A stretch of DNA of 64,000 bases from Candidatus Sumerlaeia bacterium. Its GTDB lineage: Bacteria; Sumerlaeota; Sumerlaeia; JADFCW01. The position numbers and the translations under genes are program-made. The stretch spans positions 17,616 through 81,615 of the forward strand of contig JAOAGV010000003.1 in assembly GCA_026415575.1 (NCBI GenBank). The letters run 5' to 3'. Each line of letters begins with the position of its first letter. Positions within the stretch are counted from its first letter, which is position 1. Below are positions 10,646 through 19,723 of this stretch, one piece after another. Under the pieces are notes generated by a model that was not told the origin of the DNA, did not search any database, and was given only the letters and a program-made list of their open reading frames with translations.

Positions 10646-11479
10646 ATGCGCGGATTCTGGGCTGCACTTCACAACGAGTTCTCAAAATATGGCCGGCAGA
10701 AGTTTCCCTATCTCGGCATGATTGCTGTTGTGGTTCTGGCCTTTTTCTGGCCGAAGGGGGTTCAGCAGATGGCCGGCCCGCGCGGCGAAACCAATGCCTT
10801 TGACATCATCCTCAAAGGCCTGATTTCGGCCGTTACCTCTGTTATTCCGTTCTTCGGCGTCATCTTCGGCTCAATCCTTGTTGCCGGAGAGACCGCCGGC
10901 GGCACGTATCGCAACATTCTGACGCGGCCGATCGGTCGCGGCACTTTCTTGACCGCCAAAATTGTCTTCGCCTTCGGCTACGTTTTCCTGCTGGTGCTTC
11001 TCTTTCTGGCGGTGATTGTGCCTCTGGCTCACAGCCAGTTCCGCTTGGGCCCGATTGTGGACGGCGGCACGGTGATCTATCCGCTGTCGCACATTCTGGG
11101 GGTTTCGCTCTGGGCATTGGTGCTCAGTCTCCTGCCGTTGTTTGCCATCGTGAGTTACGCCGTTTTCGTTTCGACGGCGGCCAAGTCGTTGACCACCGCA
11201 CTAGGCTTGGGTGTGGGCCTCGTGATTGCCATCGAGCCGGTGAAGTATCTCATCCGCTGGGGCGAATGGGAACTGTCGGACTACATCTTCACGTCGTATC
11301 GGGACACGGCGCTGAAGATTGCCGATCAGGCGGCCTGCGGCTTCGATTATCAGTGGCTGCCCGGCGGCTGGTGGGGGTCGGAGTTGGGCTGGGGGCTGAC
11401 GTTGGCGCTCGCGAGCATGGCGGTGTTTCTGGCGGGCAGTTACTGGATTTTTCTGCGGCGTGACCTGAATTTCTCGTGA
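10646..11479 (+). CDS. ABC-2 type exporter permease
   Basis: ALHNEFSK, VAGETAGGTYRNILTRPIGR..FLTAK, about six hydrophobic segments, C-terminal FLRRDL. Confidence 0.85.
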   Translation: MRGFWAALHNEFSKYGRQKFPYLGMIAVVVLAFFWPKGVQQMAGPRGETNAFDIILKGLISAVTSVIPFFGVIFGSILVAGETAGGTYRNILTRPIGRGTFLTAKIVFAFGYVFLLVLLFLAVIVPLAHSQFRLGPIVDGGTVIYPLSHILGVSLWALVLSLLPLFAIVSYAVFVSTAAKSLTTALGLGVGLVIAIEPVKYLIRWGEWELSDYIFTSYRDTALKIADQAACGFDYQWLPGGWWGSELGWGLTLALASMAVFLAGSYWIFLRRDLNFS

Positions 11480-11504
11480 GCGGCACGCGGGGCGGCGGGC
11501 CGGC

Positions 11505-12191
11505 TCAGAGCTTTTCTACAATTTCGACCAATTCGGACAAGTCGGCTATTTCAAAATCCGCACGCACCGCGCCGTCCGGATACGGCTTGCCTTGGGGATT
11601 CAACCACACCGACCGAACGCCGGCATTGACCGCGCCCGCCACGTCGTACTCGACGGAATCGCCGACAAAGAGAAACTCGTCGGCGCCGCAGGGGACGCGC
11701 TCCATGGCCAGTTGGAAAATGCGCGGGTCGGGTTTGGCCACGCCCACCTCGTCGGCGAAAATCCAGTGATCGAAGAAGGCATGCAGGTCGAGGATGTCGT
11801 GCGGGGTGTTGCCGTTTGAAATGACGCCGAGGACGTAGCGGCCGCGCAGCCGGCGCAGTGCAGTCAGGGCACCTTCGTAGGGGCGGGCGATTTTCCAGCG
11901 GCCTTCCGAGTAAATGCGCGTGAGTTCGGGAGCGAGATCGGGGCCATAGCCGCAGAGGGCAAGGGCGCGGCGGAAGCTCTCGGTGCGGATTTCCGTGAGG
12001 CGGGCGTCGGGATTGTCGGTTTCGGCGGCCACATCCTCGCGCAGTTGGGCAAGACGCTCAATCGAAAGCCGGCCGCGGGTGTCGGGCAGGCGTTCGTAGA
12101 GATGCTGAAGCGCAAGGGCCAGTCCGAAGCGCCGCACGCGCTCGAAGTCATAGAGGGTGTTGTCGTAGTCGAAAAAGACGGCTTTGAGCAT
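11505..12191 (-). CDS. HAD-family hydrolase (YjjG/YigB-like)
   Basis: FFDYDNTL, ISNG, KPDPRIF, FVGDSVEYDVAGA. Confidence 0.9.
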   Translation of the reverse strand: MLKAVFFDYDNTLYDFERVRRFGLALALQHLYERLPDTRGRLSIERLAQLREDVAAETDNPDARLTEIRTESFRRALALCGYGPDLAPELTRIYSEGRWKIARPYEGALTALRRLRGRYVLGVISNGNTPHDILDLHAFFDHWIFADEVGVAKPDPRIFQLAMERVPCGADEFLFVGDSVEYDVAGAVNAGVRSVWLNPQGKPYPDGAVRADFEIADLSELVEIVEKL

Positions 12192-12262
12192 TGGAGTGCT
12201 CGCGCGGGGGGACAGAGCGGACGGGTCGGTCCTTTTTGTCCTTTTTCGTTCGCCTATTTCCC

Positions 12263-13966
12263 TCAGCATTCGGGTGCGGCGGCTTGTCGTTCCATTTTTT
12301 CCGGCGCGCTGATGCCCAGAAGTGCAAAGCCGTTGCGCAGCACAATGCGAACAGCTGCAATCAATGCCATGCGCGCCTGCATGAGGCCCGGATCTTCGGG
12401 CTGAATGACGCGGCTGTCGGGGTCGCGCGTGCCGCGTGTGAAGTAGTTGTGAAACGTCGCCGCCAGTTCACGCAGATACAGCGTGATGCCGTGCGGTTCG
12501 AGGTCGCGCGCCGCCCGTTCGACCACGTCGCCAAACCGGGTCATCTCCTTGATCAGCGCCTGTTCTTCGGGCAGCGTCAGGCGATCGAGCGGACTGGCTT
12601 CGAGCCCCTCCCAAGTGAAGCCCAAACTGGCGGCCTTCTCGAAAATCGAACAAATCCGCGCGTGCGCATACTGCACATAGTACACGGGATTCTCCGTCCA
12701 ATCGGCCTTGAGCGCAAGGTCCCAGTCGAACACCAGATGGCTGTCGAGTTCGCGCATGAGGAAAAAGAACCGCACCACGTCGCGGCCCAGTTCGGCGACC
12801 ATCTGTTGGATGGTGACGATTTCGCCCGCCCGCTTGGACAGCTTGGTCTGCACGCCCGAGCGCAGAAGCGTCACCATCTGGTAGAGCCGCCAGCGCACGC
12901 GCGAGGCGTCATAGCCCAGCGCCTCGATGGCCCCGCGCAGGCGCGGCACATAGCCGTGATGATCCGAGCCAAACAGGTCCACGATCAGATCAAACCCGCG
13001 CTCGAGTTTCTGGTCGTGATACGCAATATCGGGAACGAGATAGGTCATCGAGCCGTCGCTCTTGATCAGGACGCGGTCCTTTTCGTCGCCGAAGGCCGTC
13101 GAGCGAAGCCAAACCGCCCCGTCGTGGTCATAGACAAAGCCGCGCTCGCGCAGCCGGCGCAGAACTGACTCGACGCGGCCCTCACGATACATCGCGGTCT
13201 CGGTCGTCCAGACGTCAAAGTGGATGTCGAGCGCGCGCAAGTCCTCCTCGATGAGTTTGAGAATGTGTTGGACGGCGTAGGCGGTGAAAAAATCCACATC
13301 CGCGCTTTCGGCCAGCGAGTCGCCGTGTTCGGCGCGCAGCCGCGCGGCGATGTCCACGAGATAGTTGCCGAAGTAGCCGTCTTCGGGCAGTTGGGCGTCA
13401 TGGCCGAGCGCCTGCAGATAGCGGACGCGCAGCGACTCGCCGAGATTGCGCATCTGGTTGCCGGCGTCGTTAAAATAGTATTCGCGCGTGACCGTGTAGC
13501 CCGCCGCGGCGAGAATCCGCGCCAGCGTGTCGCCGGCAATCGCATTGCGCGCATGGCCGATATGGAGCGGACCGGTGGGATTGGCGCTGAGGAACTCGAC
13601 CTGTGCGGTCTTGCCTTCGCCCATGCGGCTTCGGCCGTATTCGGCCCCCTGCGTCAAGACGGTCCGCAGCGCGTTGGCCATGCCGCTGCTGCGCAGACGG
13701 ATGTTGAGAAAACCGGGCGGGGCGGCCTCGACCGAGGCAACAAGATCGCTCGGCGGCCAGTGGGCGGCGAGGCCGCGGGCGATTTCGATCGGCGGGCGCT
13801 TGAGGTGTCGAGCCAGAGCAAAGGCGGCCTGTGTGGCGAAATCACCGTGAGCCGGATTCTTCGGCAACTGAATGGTGCAGTCCAGCGACTCTGGAGGAGC
13901 AAGGCCGAGGCTTTGGAGATAGGCGGCAACGGCTTGTTGAATCAGTTCGGCAATTTTTGCTTTCAT
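12263..13966 (-). CDS. argS: Arginine--tRNA ligase
   Basis: HGDFAT, EFLSANPTGPLHIGHAR, REYYFND, KLSKRAG, YVQYAHARICS, LLGISAPEKM. Confidence 0.97.
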   Translation of the reverse strand: MKAKIAELIQQAVAAYLQSLGLAPPESLDCTIQLPKNPAHGDFATQAAFALARHLKRPPIEIARGLAAHWPPSDLVASVEAAPPGFLNIRLRSSGMANALRTVLTQGAEYGRSRMGEGKTAQVEFLSANPTGPLHIGHARNAIAGDTLARILAAAGYTVTREYYFNDAGNQMRNLGESLRVRYLQALGHDAQLPEDGYFGNYLVDIAARLRAEHGDSLAESADVDFFTAYAVQHILKLIEEDLRALDIHFDVWTTETAMYREGRVESVLRRLRERGFVYDHDGAVWLRSTAFGDEKDRVLIKSDGSMTYLVPDIAYHDQKLERGFDLIVDLFGSDHHGYVPRLRGAIEALGYDASRVRWRLYQMVTLLRSGVQTKLSKRAGEIVTIQQMVAELGRDVVRFFFLMRELDSHLVFDWDLALKADWTENPVYYVQYAHARICSIFEKAASLGFTWEGLEASPLDRLTLPEEQALIKEMTRFGDVVERAARDLEPHGITLYLRELAATFHNYFTRGTRDPDSRVIQPEDPGLMQARMALIAAVRIVLRNGFALLGISAPEKMERQAAAPEC

Positions 13967-14228
13967 AATCCGACGGGCATCCTTCCAACTCAAGAGAGGG
14001 AAATTTCATCGCCCGCCGTCGCTCTTGTCAAGCGTGCTGCCGATGGTTCATGCGCCCGAGGGAATGCAATTGGCACAGAGTTCAAACCGCAGGTTGCTGT
14101 TTGCAGGTTGAATTTGTGTTGGTCGTCATCCCCCCGTGTCCTTGAGGCATTTTGCTCACAGGGGATGTGAACAACACTCCCACCCACGCGGGAACTACAA
14201 GCAGCAATTTAGCCTACATGCATAGCTG

Positions 14229-15719
14229 TTACGGCCGGCTGCGGCCGGTCTCCTCGTATTTTTTCAACAACGCCGTCAGGCGCTCGACAATGTCCGGATG
14301 CTTGGTGTAAAGGTTTTCCTTCTCCTCGACATCCACCGACATGTCGTAGAGCTGGCCGGGCGGATCGTCAGCGTTGCCCTTGCCGTCCCAACCGCCCGAG
14401 CCGCGGCCGAGGATGAGTTTCCAGCGGCCCGCGCGGATAGCGAACATGCCGTCAATCGAGTGGTGGACAATGGCCTCGTGAAGCGGGGCACCGCGCGTTT
14501 CACCCAGCAGCGCCGGCAGGATGTTGATGCTGTCTTCAGCAGCGTCGCGCGGCAGTTCGGCGCCGACAATGGCTGCGCACGTGGCCATGAAATCGCCCAG
14601 CCAAATCGTCTCGTCCGACGTGGTGCCGGGGCGGATTTTTCCGCTCCAGCGGGCGACGAAGGGCACACGATGGCCGCCGTCCCAGATGGTGCTTTTGCGC
14701 CCGCGCAAACGGCCGTTGGGCAGGTGATCATATTCGGTCATCGGCGGGTTGGTCGAGCCGTTGTCGCTGGTCATAATCAACAGGGTGTTGTCGGCGATCT
14801 TGCAGCGGTCAAGCGCCGCCAGAACCTCGCCGAGCGAGTGGTCCACTTGATGGACGAAATCGCCGTAGGGGCCGGCCTTGCTCTTGCCTTTGACAAAGTC
14901 GGCCGGGACCACGGGCGTGTGGGGTGCGTTGAGCGAGAAATAGAGGAAAAAAGGTTGGCCGGATTTTTTCGCCGCGTGCGATTCGATGAACTCGACCGCC
15001 TTTTTCGTGAGGGTCGGCAGAACACCCTCCATCGTAAAGTCGGGGGCTTTTGCACCGGCCCGCACGGGTCCGTCCTTCGGTTGGCGCGCCGTTGGCGAGC
15101 CGACCAGCCGGTCGTTCTCGATAAAGATATACGGCGGCATATCGAGCGAGGCCGAAATGCCGAAGTAGTAGTCGAAGCCGACGGCGTTGGGGCCGTTCTG
15201 GATCGGTTGGCTGAAGTCCACGTTCTCCTCGCTATTGCCGTCCTTGCTGACCGGGCCGGGACCTTTTTTCCCCCAGTCCATGCCGAGGTGCCATTTGCCG
15301 ATGCAGGCTGTGGCATAGCCGTTCTGCTTAAGAAGCGAGGCGACGGTCAGGCGGCCGGGCTCGATCAGGCGCGGGCTGTAACCGCCGAGCACGCCGCGCT
15401 TGAGCGACGTGCGCCAGCAATAGCGGCCGGTGAGGATGCCGTAGCGCGTCGGCGTGCAGACCGACGAGCCGGTGTGGGCGTCGGTGAAGCGGATGCCCTC
15501 GTGGGCGAGGCGGTCGAAGTGGGGCGTCGGCACCTTAGAGTCGGGATTGTTGCACTGCGGGTCGCCATAGCCGAGGTCGTCGGCGAGGATGAAAACGATG
15601 TTGGGTTTGGCCTGCGGGGCTGCGGCGAGCGGTGCGCGGTGGGCCAGCGCCCATGTCGCTGCACTGAAAGCAGCCGTCCGCAGAAAGTTGCGCCGGCTGA
15701 GGGAATTATGTGCGGTCAT
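14229..15719 (-). CDS. Tat-exported arylsulfatase (Cys-type, formylglycine-dependent)
   Basis: SRRNFL Tat signal, PNIVFILADDLG, CTPTR..LTGR, GKWHLG, TSDNG. Confidence 0.93.
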   Translation of the reverse strand: MTAHNSLSRRNFLRTAAFSAATWALAHRAPLAAAPQAKPNIVFILADDLGYGDPQCNNPDSKVPTPHFDRLAHEGIRFTDAHTGSSVCTPTRYGILTGRYCWRTSLKRGVLGGYSPRLIEPGRLTVASLLKQNGYATACIGKWHLGMDWGKKGPGPVSKDGNSEENVDFSQPIQNGPNAVGFDYYFGISASLDMPPYIFIENDRLVGSPTARQPKDGPVRAGAKAPDFTMEGVLPTLTKKAVEFIESHAAKKSGQPFFLYFSLNAPHTPVVPADFVKGKSKAGPYGDFVHQVDHSLGEVLAALDRCKIADNTLLIMTSDNGSTNPPMTEYDHLPNGRLRGRKSTIWDGGHRVPFVARWSGKIRPGTTSDETIWLGDFMATCAAIVGAELPRDAAEDSINILPALLGETRGAPLHEAIVHHSIDGMFAIRAGRWKLILGRGSGGWDGKGNADDPPGQLYDMSVDVEEKENLYTKHPDIVERLTALLKKYEETGRSRP

Positions 15720-15859
15720 GGGGGGATTCTCCTTCTTGGGGCGTTTTGTTTGGACTTTCACGTCGCGGGCAAACTATCCTACCCTTTCATGGCCGTGCAG
15801 CGTTGAACGCGCGGCGGCAGTTGTCAACTCAAGTTCGTTTGGATGCAGCACGAAGTTTG

Positions 15860-16297
15860 ATGAAACCGTCGCGGCATGTAAAAATCTCGGCAGTTGTGTC
15901 GTTGGCGCTGGCGCCGTGGGCGGGGTGGAAGGCGCTTCTGGTCTTTGCCGGCGGCATCTTGCCCGACCTCGACCGCTATCTGTGGTATGCGGTGCGATTT
16001 CGGACGTTGAAACTGGACGAGGCGGTCGCGCGCTTTCAAGGGCGCGAGCGCATTCAGGGGGGAGCGCGGCTGCTCCATTCCCTCGAAGCTTTGGCCATAC
16101 TGTCAGCCGCCGGCTATGCCTGCAGGCCGATGGCGTGGCTGACGCTCGGCGTTGCGCTGCACGTGGTGCTCGACCTGTTTGTGCACAAAAAGCACGGCCG
16201 GTTTTGGATTTATTTCGATGCCGCGCACCTGCACTCCATCATCGGCCGTTGGATCAAGGGACGCACCACTGCGGCGGCCAACGAGGACGAAGAATGA
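15860..16297 (+). CDS. Small membrane protein, probable metal-dependent hydrolase (YdjM-like)
   Basis: N-terminal H, PDLD, LLHS, LHVVLD pattern; overlaps the start of the next gene. Confidence 0.55.
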   Translation: MKPSRHVKISAVVSLALAPWAGWKALLVFAGGILPDLDRYLWYAVRFRTLKLDEAVARFQGRERIQGGARLLHSLEALAILSAAGYACRPMAWLTLGVALHVVLDLFVHKKHGRFWIYFDAAHLHSIIGRWIKGRTTAAANEDEE

Positions 16298-17931
16298 AGG
16301 TCATCGTTCTGGGTCTGGACGGGGCGACGCTGGAGCAGATTCTGCCGGCTGTTGCGCGCGGCGACCTGCCTGCGTTTGCACGCCTGATGCGCGAGGGCGC
16401 GTGGGAAACACTCCGCTCGACCCTGCCGGCGGAAAGCCCCGCGGCGTGGACAACCTTCGCCACCGGCGTCGGGCCCGGCCGCCATGGCATCTACGGGTTT
16501 ATGCTGCGGCGGGCGGGCAGCTATGAATACGACATCGGCACGTCGCACCATGTCCGCGTGCCGACGCTGTGGGACATTGCCGGGGCCAACGGCCTTCGCG
16601 TCGGCGTCATCCATGTGCCGTTCACCTATCCCCCGCGGCCAGTGCGCGGATTTCTGGTTGCCGGTATGATGGCACCCGACACGCGGTCGAAATTCACCTG
16701 GCCGCCGGACCTGCGCGCGGCGCTCCTGCGCGCCGTGCCGAACTACCGCGTCAGCCACGGGCTGGGGCGGTCGCGCGGGGCGGATCCGCGCGCGGTGCTG
16801 GCCCGCGACTTTTCCGACACCATCGCCGCCCGCGAGCGCGCCATGCGCTGGCTGGATGAGCGCTATCGTCCGGATTTGCTGATCTGTGTGTTCACCGTGC
16901 TGGACCGGCTTCAACATTTTCTCTGGGCCGACATGGACGCGGGCCATCCGGCGCATTCGCCGTCGGCTCCGCCCGAATACCGCGCGGCCATTGCGGCGGC
17001 CTATCGGCAGTTGGACGGCGTGATTGCGCGAACGCTCAATGCGGCGAACAGCGAGACACTTCTTGTGGTGCTTTCCGACCATGGATTTCAAGCCGTCGCC
17101 CGGACGTTCTTTGTTAACAGGTATCTGGTTGAGCGCGGCTATCTGGCCTTGACCGGCGAAAGGGGCGAGCCGGCCGGCTGGGCGCATCGGGCGGCGCGCA
17201 TGACCCGGCGCCTTTTGGCGCGCCTGCCCGGCGGGTTGGTGCCGGCCGAGCGGCTGCGCGCGCGGCACCTGATCTCGGCCGCGTTTGTCCGCGCCATTGA
17301 CTGGCCGCGGACTCGTGCATGGTTTGGCCTCGACCGCGTGCTGTGGATCAACGTCGCGGGGCGCGATCCGGCGGGATGCGTGCGGCCCGGCGCCGACTAC
17401 GAAGCGCTGCGCGCGCAACTGATCGCCGAACTGGAATCACTTCGGGACCCGGAAACAGGCTACCGTGTGGCGGCCAAAGTCCATCGCGGCGAAGAGGCGT
17501 TTGCCGGAGGCGGCCTGAGCGTTGTTCCGGATTTGCTCATCGAGCCGGCGCGCGACACTGCTGATCCTTCCGGCCGCTATGTGCTCTCGGAGCGGCTTGG
17601 AGCGGCGGGCGTTTGCGGTTTTGTCGGCCCGAGCGCGCCCGTCAGTGGCTATCACACGCCGGAGGGAGTTTTGTTTTTGTGGGGCAAAGGGGTCGCTGCC
17701 GGCGGGCGACTAACCGGCGCCTCGATTGCCGACGTTGCGCCGACCATTCTCGCCGCCTTCGGTATCTCGCCGCCTTCCGCACTGGACGGCAAGCCGCTCC
17801 TCGGCGGAAAACGGACCGATGCTGCGAGCGGTCCGCAACCGCCCGTCGCCCCCCCTGCAGATGCCGCATGGACGGAGTCGGAACGCGCGGCCGCTGAACA
17901 ACAACTCAAAGACTTGGGGTATCTGGATTGA
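16294..17931 (+). CDS. Alkaline phosphatase superfamily protein (NPP/phosphodiesterase-like), paralog 1
   Basis: Start MKVIVLGLDG at 16294; LRSTLPAESPAAW, LDRLQH, SDHGF, GYHTPEG; ends LKDLGYLD. Confidence 0.88.
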   Translation: MKVIVLGLDGATLEQILPAVARGDLPAFARLMREGAWETLRSTLPAESPAAWTTFATGVGPGRHGIYGFMLRRAGSYEYDIGTSHHVRVPTLWDIAGANGLRVGVIHVPFTYPPRPVRGFLVAGMMAPDTRSKFTWPPDLRAALLRAVPNYRVSHGLGRSRGADPRAVLARDFSDTIAARERAMRWLDERYRPDLLICVFTVLDRLQHFLWADMDAGHPAHSPSAPPEYRAAIAAAYRQLDGVIARTLNAANSETLLVVLSDHGFQAVARTFFVNRYLVERGYLALTGERGEPAGWAHRAARMTRRLLARLPGGLVPAERLRARHLISAAFVRAIDWPRTRAWFGLDRVLWINVAGRDPAGCVRPGADYEALRAQLIAELESLRDPETGYRVAAKVHRGEEAFAGGGLSVVPDLLIEPARDTADPSGRYVLSERLGAAGVCGFVGPSAPVSGYHTPEGVLFLWGKGVAAGGRLTGASIADVAPTILAAFGISPPSALDGKPLLGGKRTDAASGPQPPVAPPADAAWTESERAAAEQQLKDLGYLD

Positions 17932-18842
17932 ACGACACGACCTCTGGCGACATTCTTCTGACGGTCTCGATCGCTACGTGGAACAACTGCGGGCAGGTGA
18001 GGGAATGTTTGCGTTCTGTGGCGGAGGGTTTGCGGGGCGTTCGCGCCGAAATTGTGGTGGTGGACAATGCATCAAATGACGGCACTGCGGCGATGATCCG
18101 CGAGCAGTTCCCGCAGGCAGCCGTTCTGCGCAACGAGCGGCCTTTGGGTTTTTCGGCCAACCACAATCAGGTGCTGCGCGGTGCGCGCAGCCGCCATGTC
18201 CTGTTGCTCAACGATGACACGGTGGTCGTGGGCGATGCGCTGAAGCAGGCGCTGGACTTTCTCGAATCGCACCCCGTCGCCGGCGCTGTCGGGTGCACGT
18301 TGCTCAAACCTGACGGCGCACCCGAGGCCATTGCCCAATGTGTTCCGCGGCCGCTGGACCCGCTGTTTCCGCATTTGCGGCGAAAGGTGAGCGCGAAAGA
18401 GGATGCGGCACGCGGGGACGGGGCCGTCGAGGTCGAACGTTGGAGCGGCGCCTGCCTGATGATCCGGCGGGAGGTGCTTGACCGCGTCGGTCTGCTCGAC
18501 GAGCGCTTCGATCCGGCCTATGGCGAAGACACCGACTTGTGTCATCGAATCCGGCAGGCGGGCTGGCGAATTTACCGGCTGCCGGGGGCGCGCGTGATCC
18601 ACCACCGCGGGCAGACGGCGCGGCGCGAGTTTTCCGATCAGGCGTTCCGGTTGCAGCGGGCGCGGATTCTGTGGTATCGCAAGCACCGGAGCCGCGCGAC
18701 GCTGGCGCTCTATCGGGCGGTGGCGTCTGTGGCGATTGTCTGGGAAATGGTAGGCTGTGCCGTGCAGTGGCCGTTCCGACGCACCCGGGTCCGCACACGC
18801 ATGAAACGCCTGTGGGAACGGCTGCGCGCGGTTTTTCTTTGA
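17928..18842 (+). CDS. Glycosyltransferase family 2 (rhamnosyltransferase-like)
   Basis: VVDNASND, LGFSANHN, LLNDD, SGACLMIRR, YGEDTDLC. TTG start overlapping the upstream stop. Confidence 0.87.
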   Translation: MNDTTSGDILLTVSIATWNNCGQVRECLRSVAEGLRGVRAEIVVVDNASNDGTAAMIREQFPQAAVLRNERPLGFSANHNQVLRGARSRHVLLLNDDTVVVGDALKQALDFLESHPVAGAVGCTLLKPDGAPEAIAQCVPRPLDPLFPHLRRKVSAKEDAARGDGAVEVERWSGACLMIRREVLDRVGLLDERFDPAYGEDTDLCHRIRQAGWRIYRLPGARVIHHRGQTARREFSDQAFRLQRARILWYRKHRSRATLALYRAVASVAIVWEMVGCAVQWPFRRTRVRTRMKRLWERLRAVFL

Positions 18843-18907
18843 ATCCGGCGGACAAGGTTGCCAACCTATCGGTCGGTCGGCTTCGGGACTGAGCAGGGGG
18901 TTTGGGC

Positions 18908-19723
18908 ATGTCTTCTTTTTCCGAGCGTTACGGCCCGTGGGCGCTGATTACCGGCGCGTCGTCGGGGATTGGAGCGGAGTTTGCGCGCCGGCTGGCCGCG
19001 CGCGGTCTCAATGTGCTCTTGGCGGCGCGCCGCAAGGAACGGCTCGACGCGCTGGCGGAGGAACTGAAAGCCGGTGGTGTGGAAGCGCGCTCGGTCGAGG
19101 CGGATCTGTCCCGTGCCGATTTTCTGCCGACCCTTTTGGCCGCGGCCGACGGTCTCGAAGTCGGTCTGCTGGTCAACAATGCGGGCTTCGGCACCAGCGG
19201 CGAGTTTCTTGCCAACCCGCTGGAGCGCGAACTGGCCATGCTGGACGTGAATTGCCGCGCGCCGCTGGCTCTGGCTCACGAATTCGGCCGCGCAATGGTT
19301 GCGCGCCGCCGCGGCGGCATCATTTTTGTCGCTTCGATCATGGCGCATTTGTCCGCACCCTACTGGACGGGCTATGCAGCCACGAAGGCGCACAATCTGC
19401 TTATGGCCGAAGGCTTGTGGTATGAAATGAAACAGCGGGGCGTGGATGTGCTGGCGCTGTGTCCGGGTGCCACCGACACGGAATTCAAGGATGTGGCCGG
19501 CATTCGGGCGCGCTATCCGCAAATGCCCGTCGGGCCGGTTGTGGCAGCGGCGCTGCAGGCGCTGGGCCGAAAGCCGTCGGTCATCGCGGGGTTTCAAAAC
19601 CGCGCTGCCTATCTGCTCCTGAAACTTCTCCCGCGCCGGCTGGCGACAATGGCGTGGGGCATGATTGCACGAAAGTGGGTCAAGCCGCCCGACGCGACCG
19701 ATGCGCCAAGGAGCCGCCCATGA
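18908..19723 (+). CDS. Short-chain dehydrogenase/reductase
   Basis: LITGASSGIG, LVNNAG, YAATK. Confidence 0.92.
   Translation: MSSFSERYGPWALITGASSGIGAEFARRLAARGLNVLLAARRKERLDALAEELKAGGVEARSVEADLSRADFLPTLLAAADGLEVGLLVNNAGFGTSGEFLANPLERELAMLDVNCRAPLALAHEFGRAMVARRRGGIIFVASIMAHLSAPYWTGYAATKAHNLLMAEGLWYEMKQRGVDVLALCPGATDTEFKDVAGIRARYPQMPVGPVVAAALQALGRKPSVIAGFQNRAAYLLLKLLPRRLATMAWGMIARKWVKPPDATDAPRSRP

Noticed and set aside
15589-16293. N-terminal extension of the 780-aa ORF suggesting a fusion
   Set aside because: It overlaps the sulfatase and the 15860-16297 gene; the AlkP domain starts at ATG 16294.
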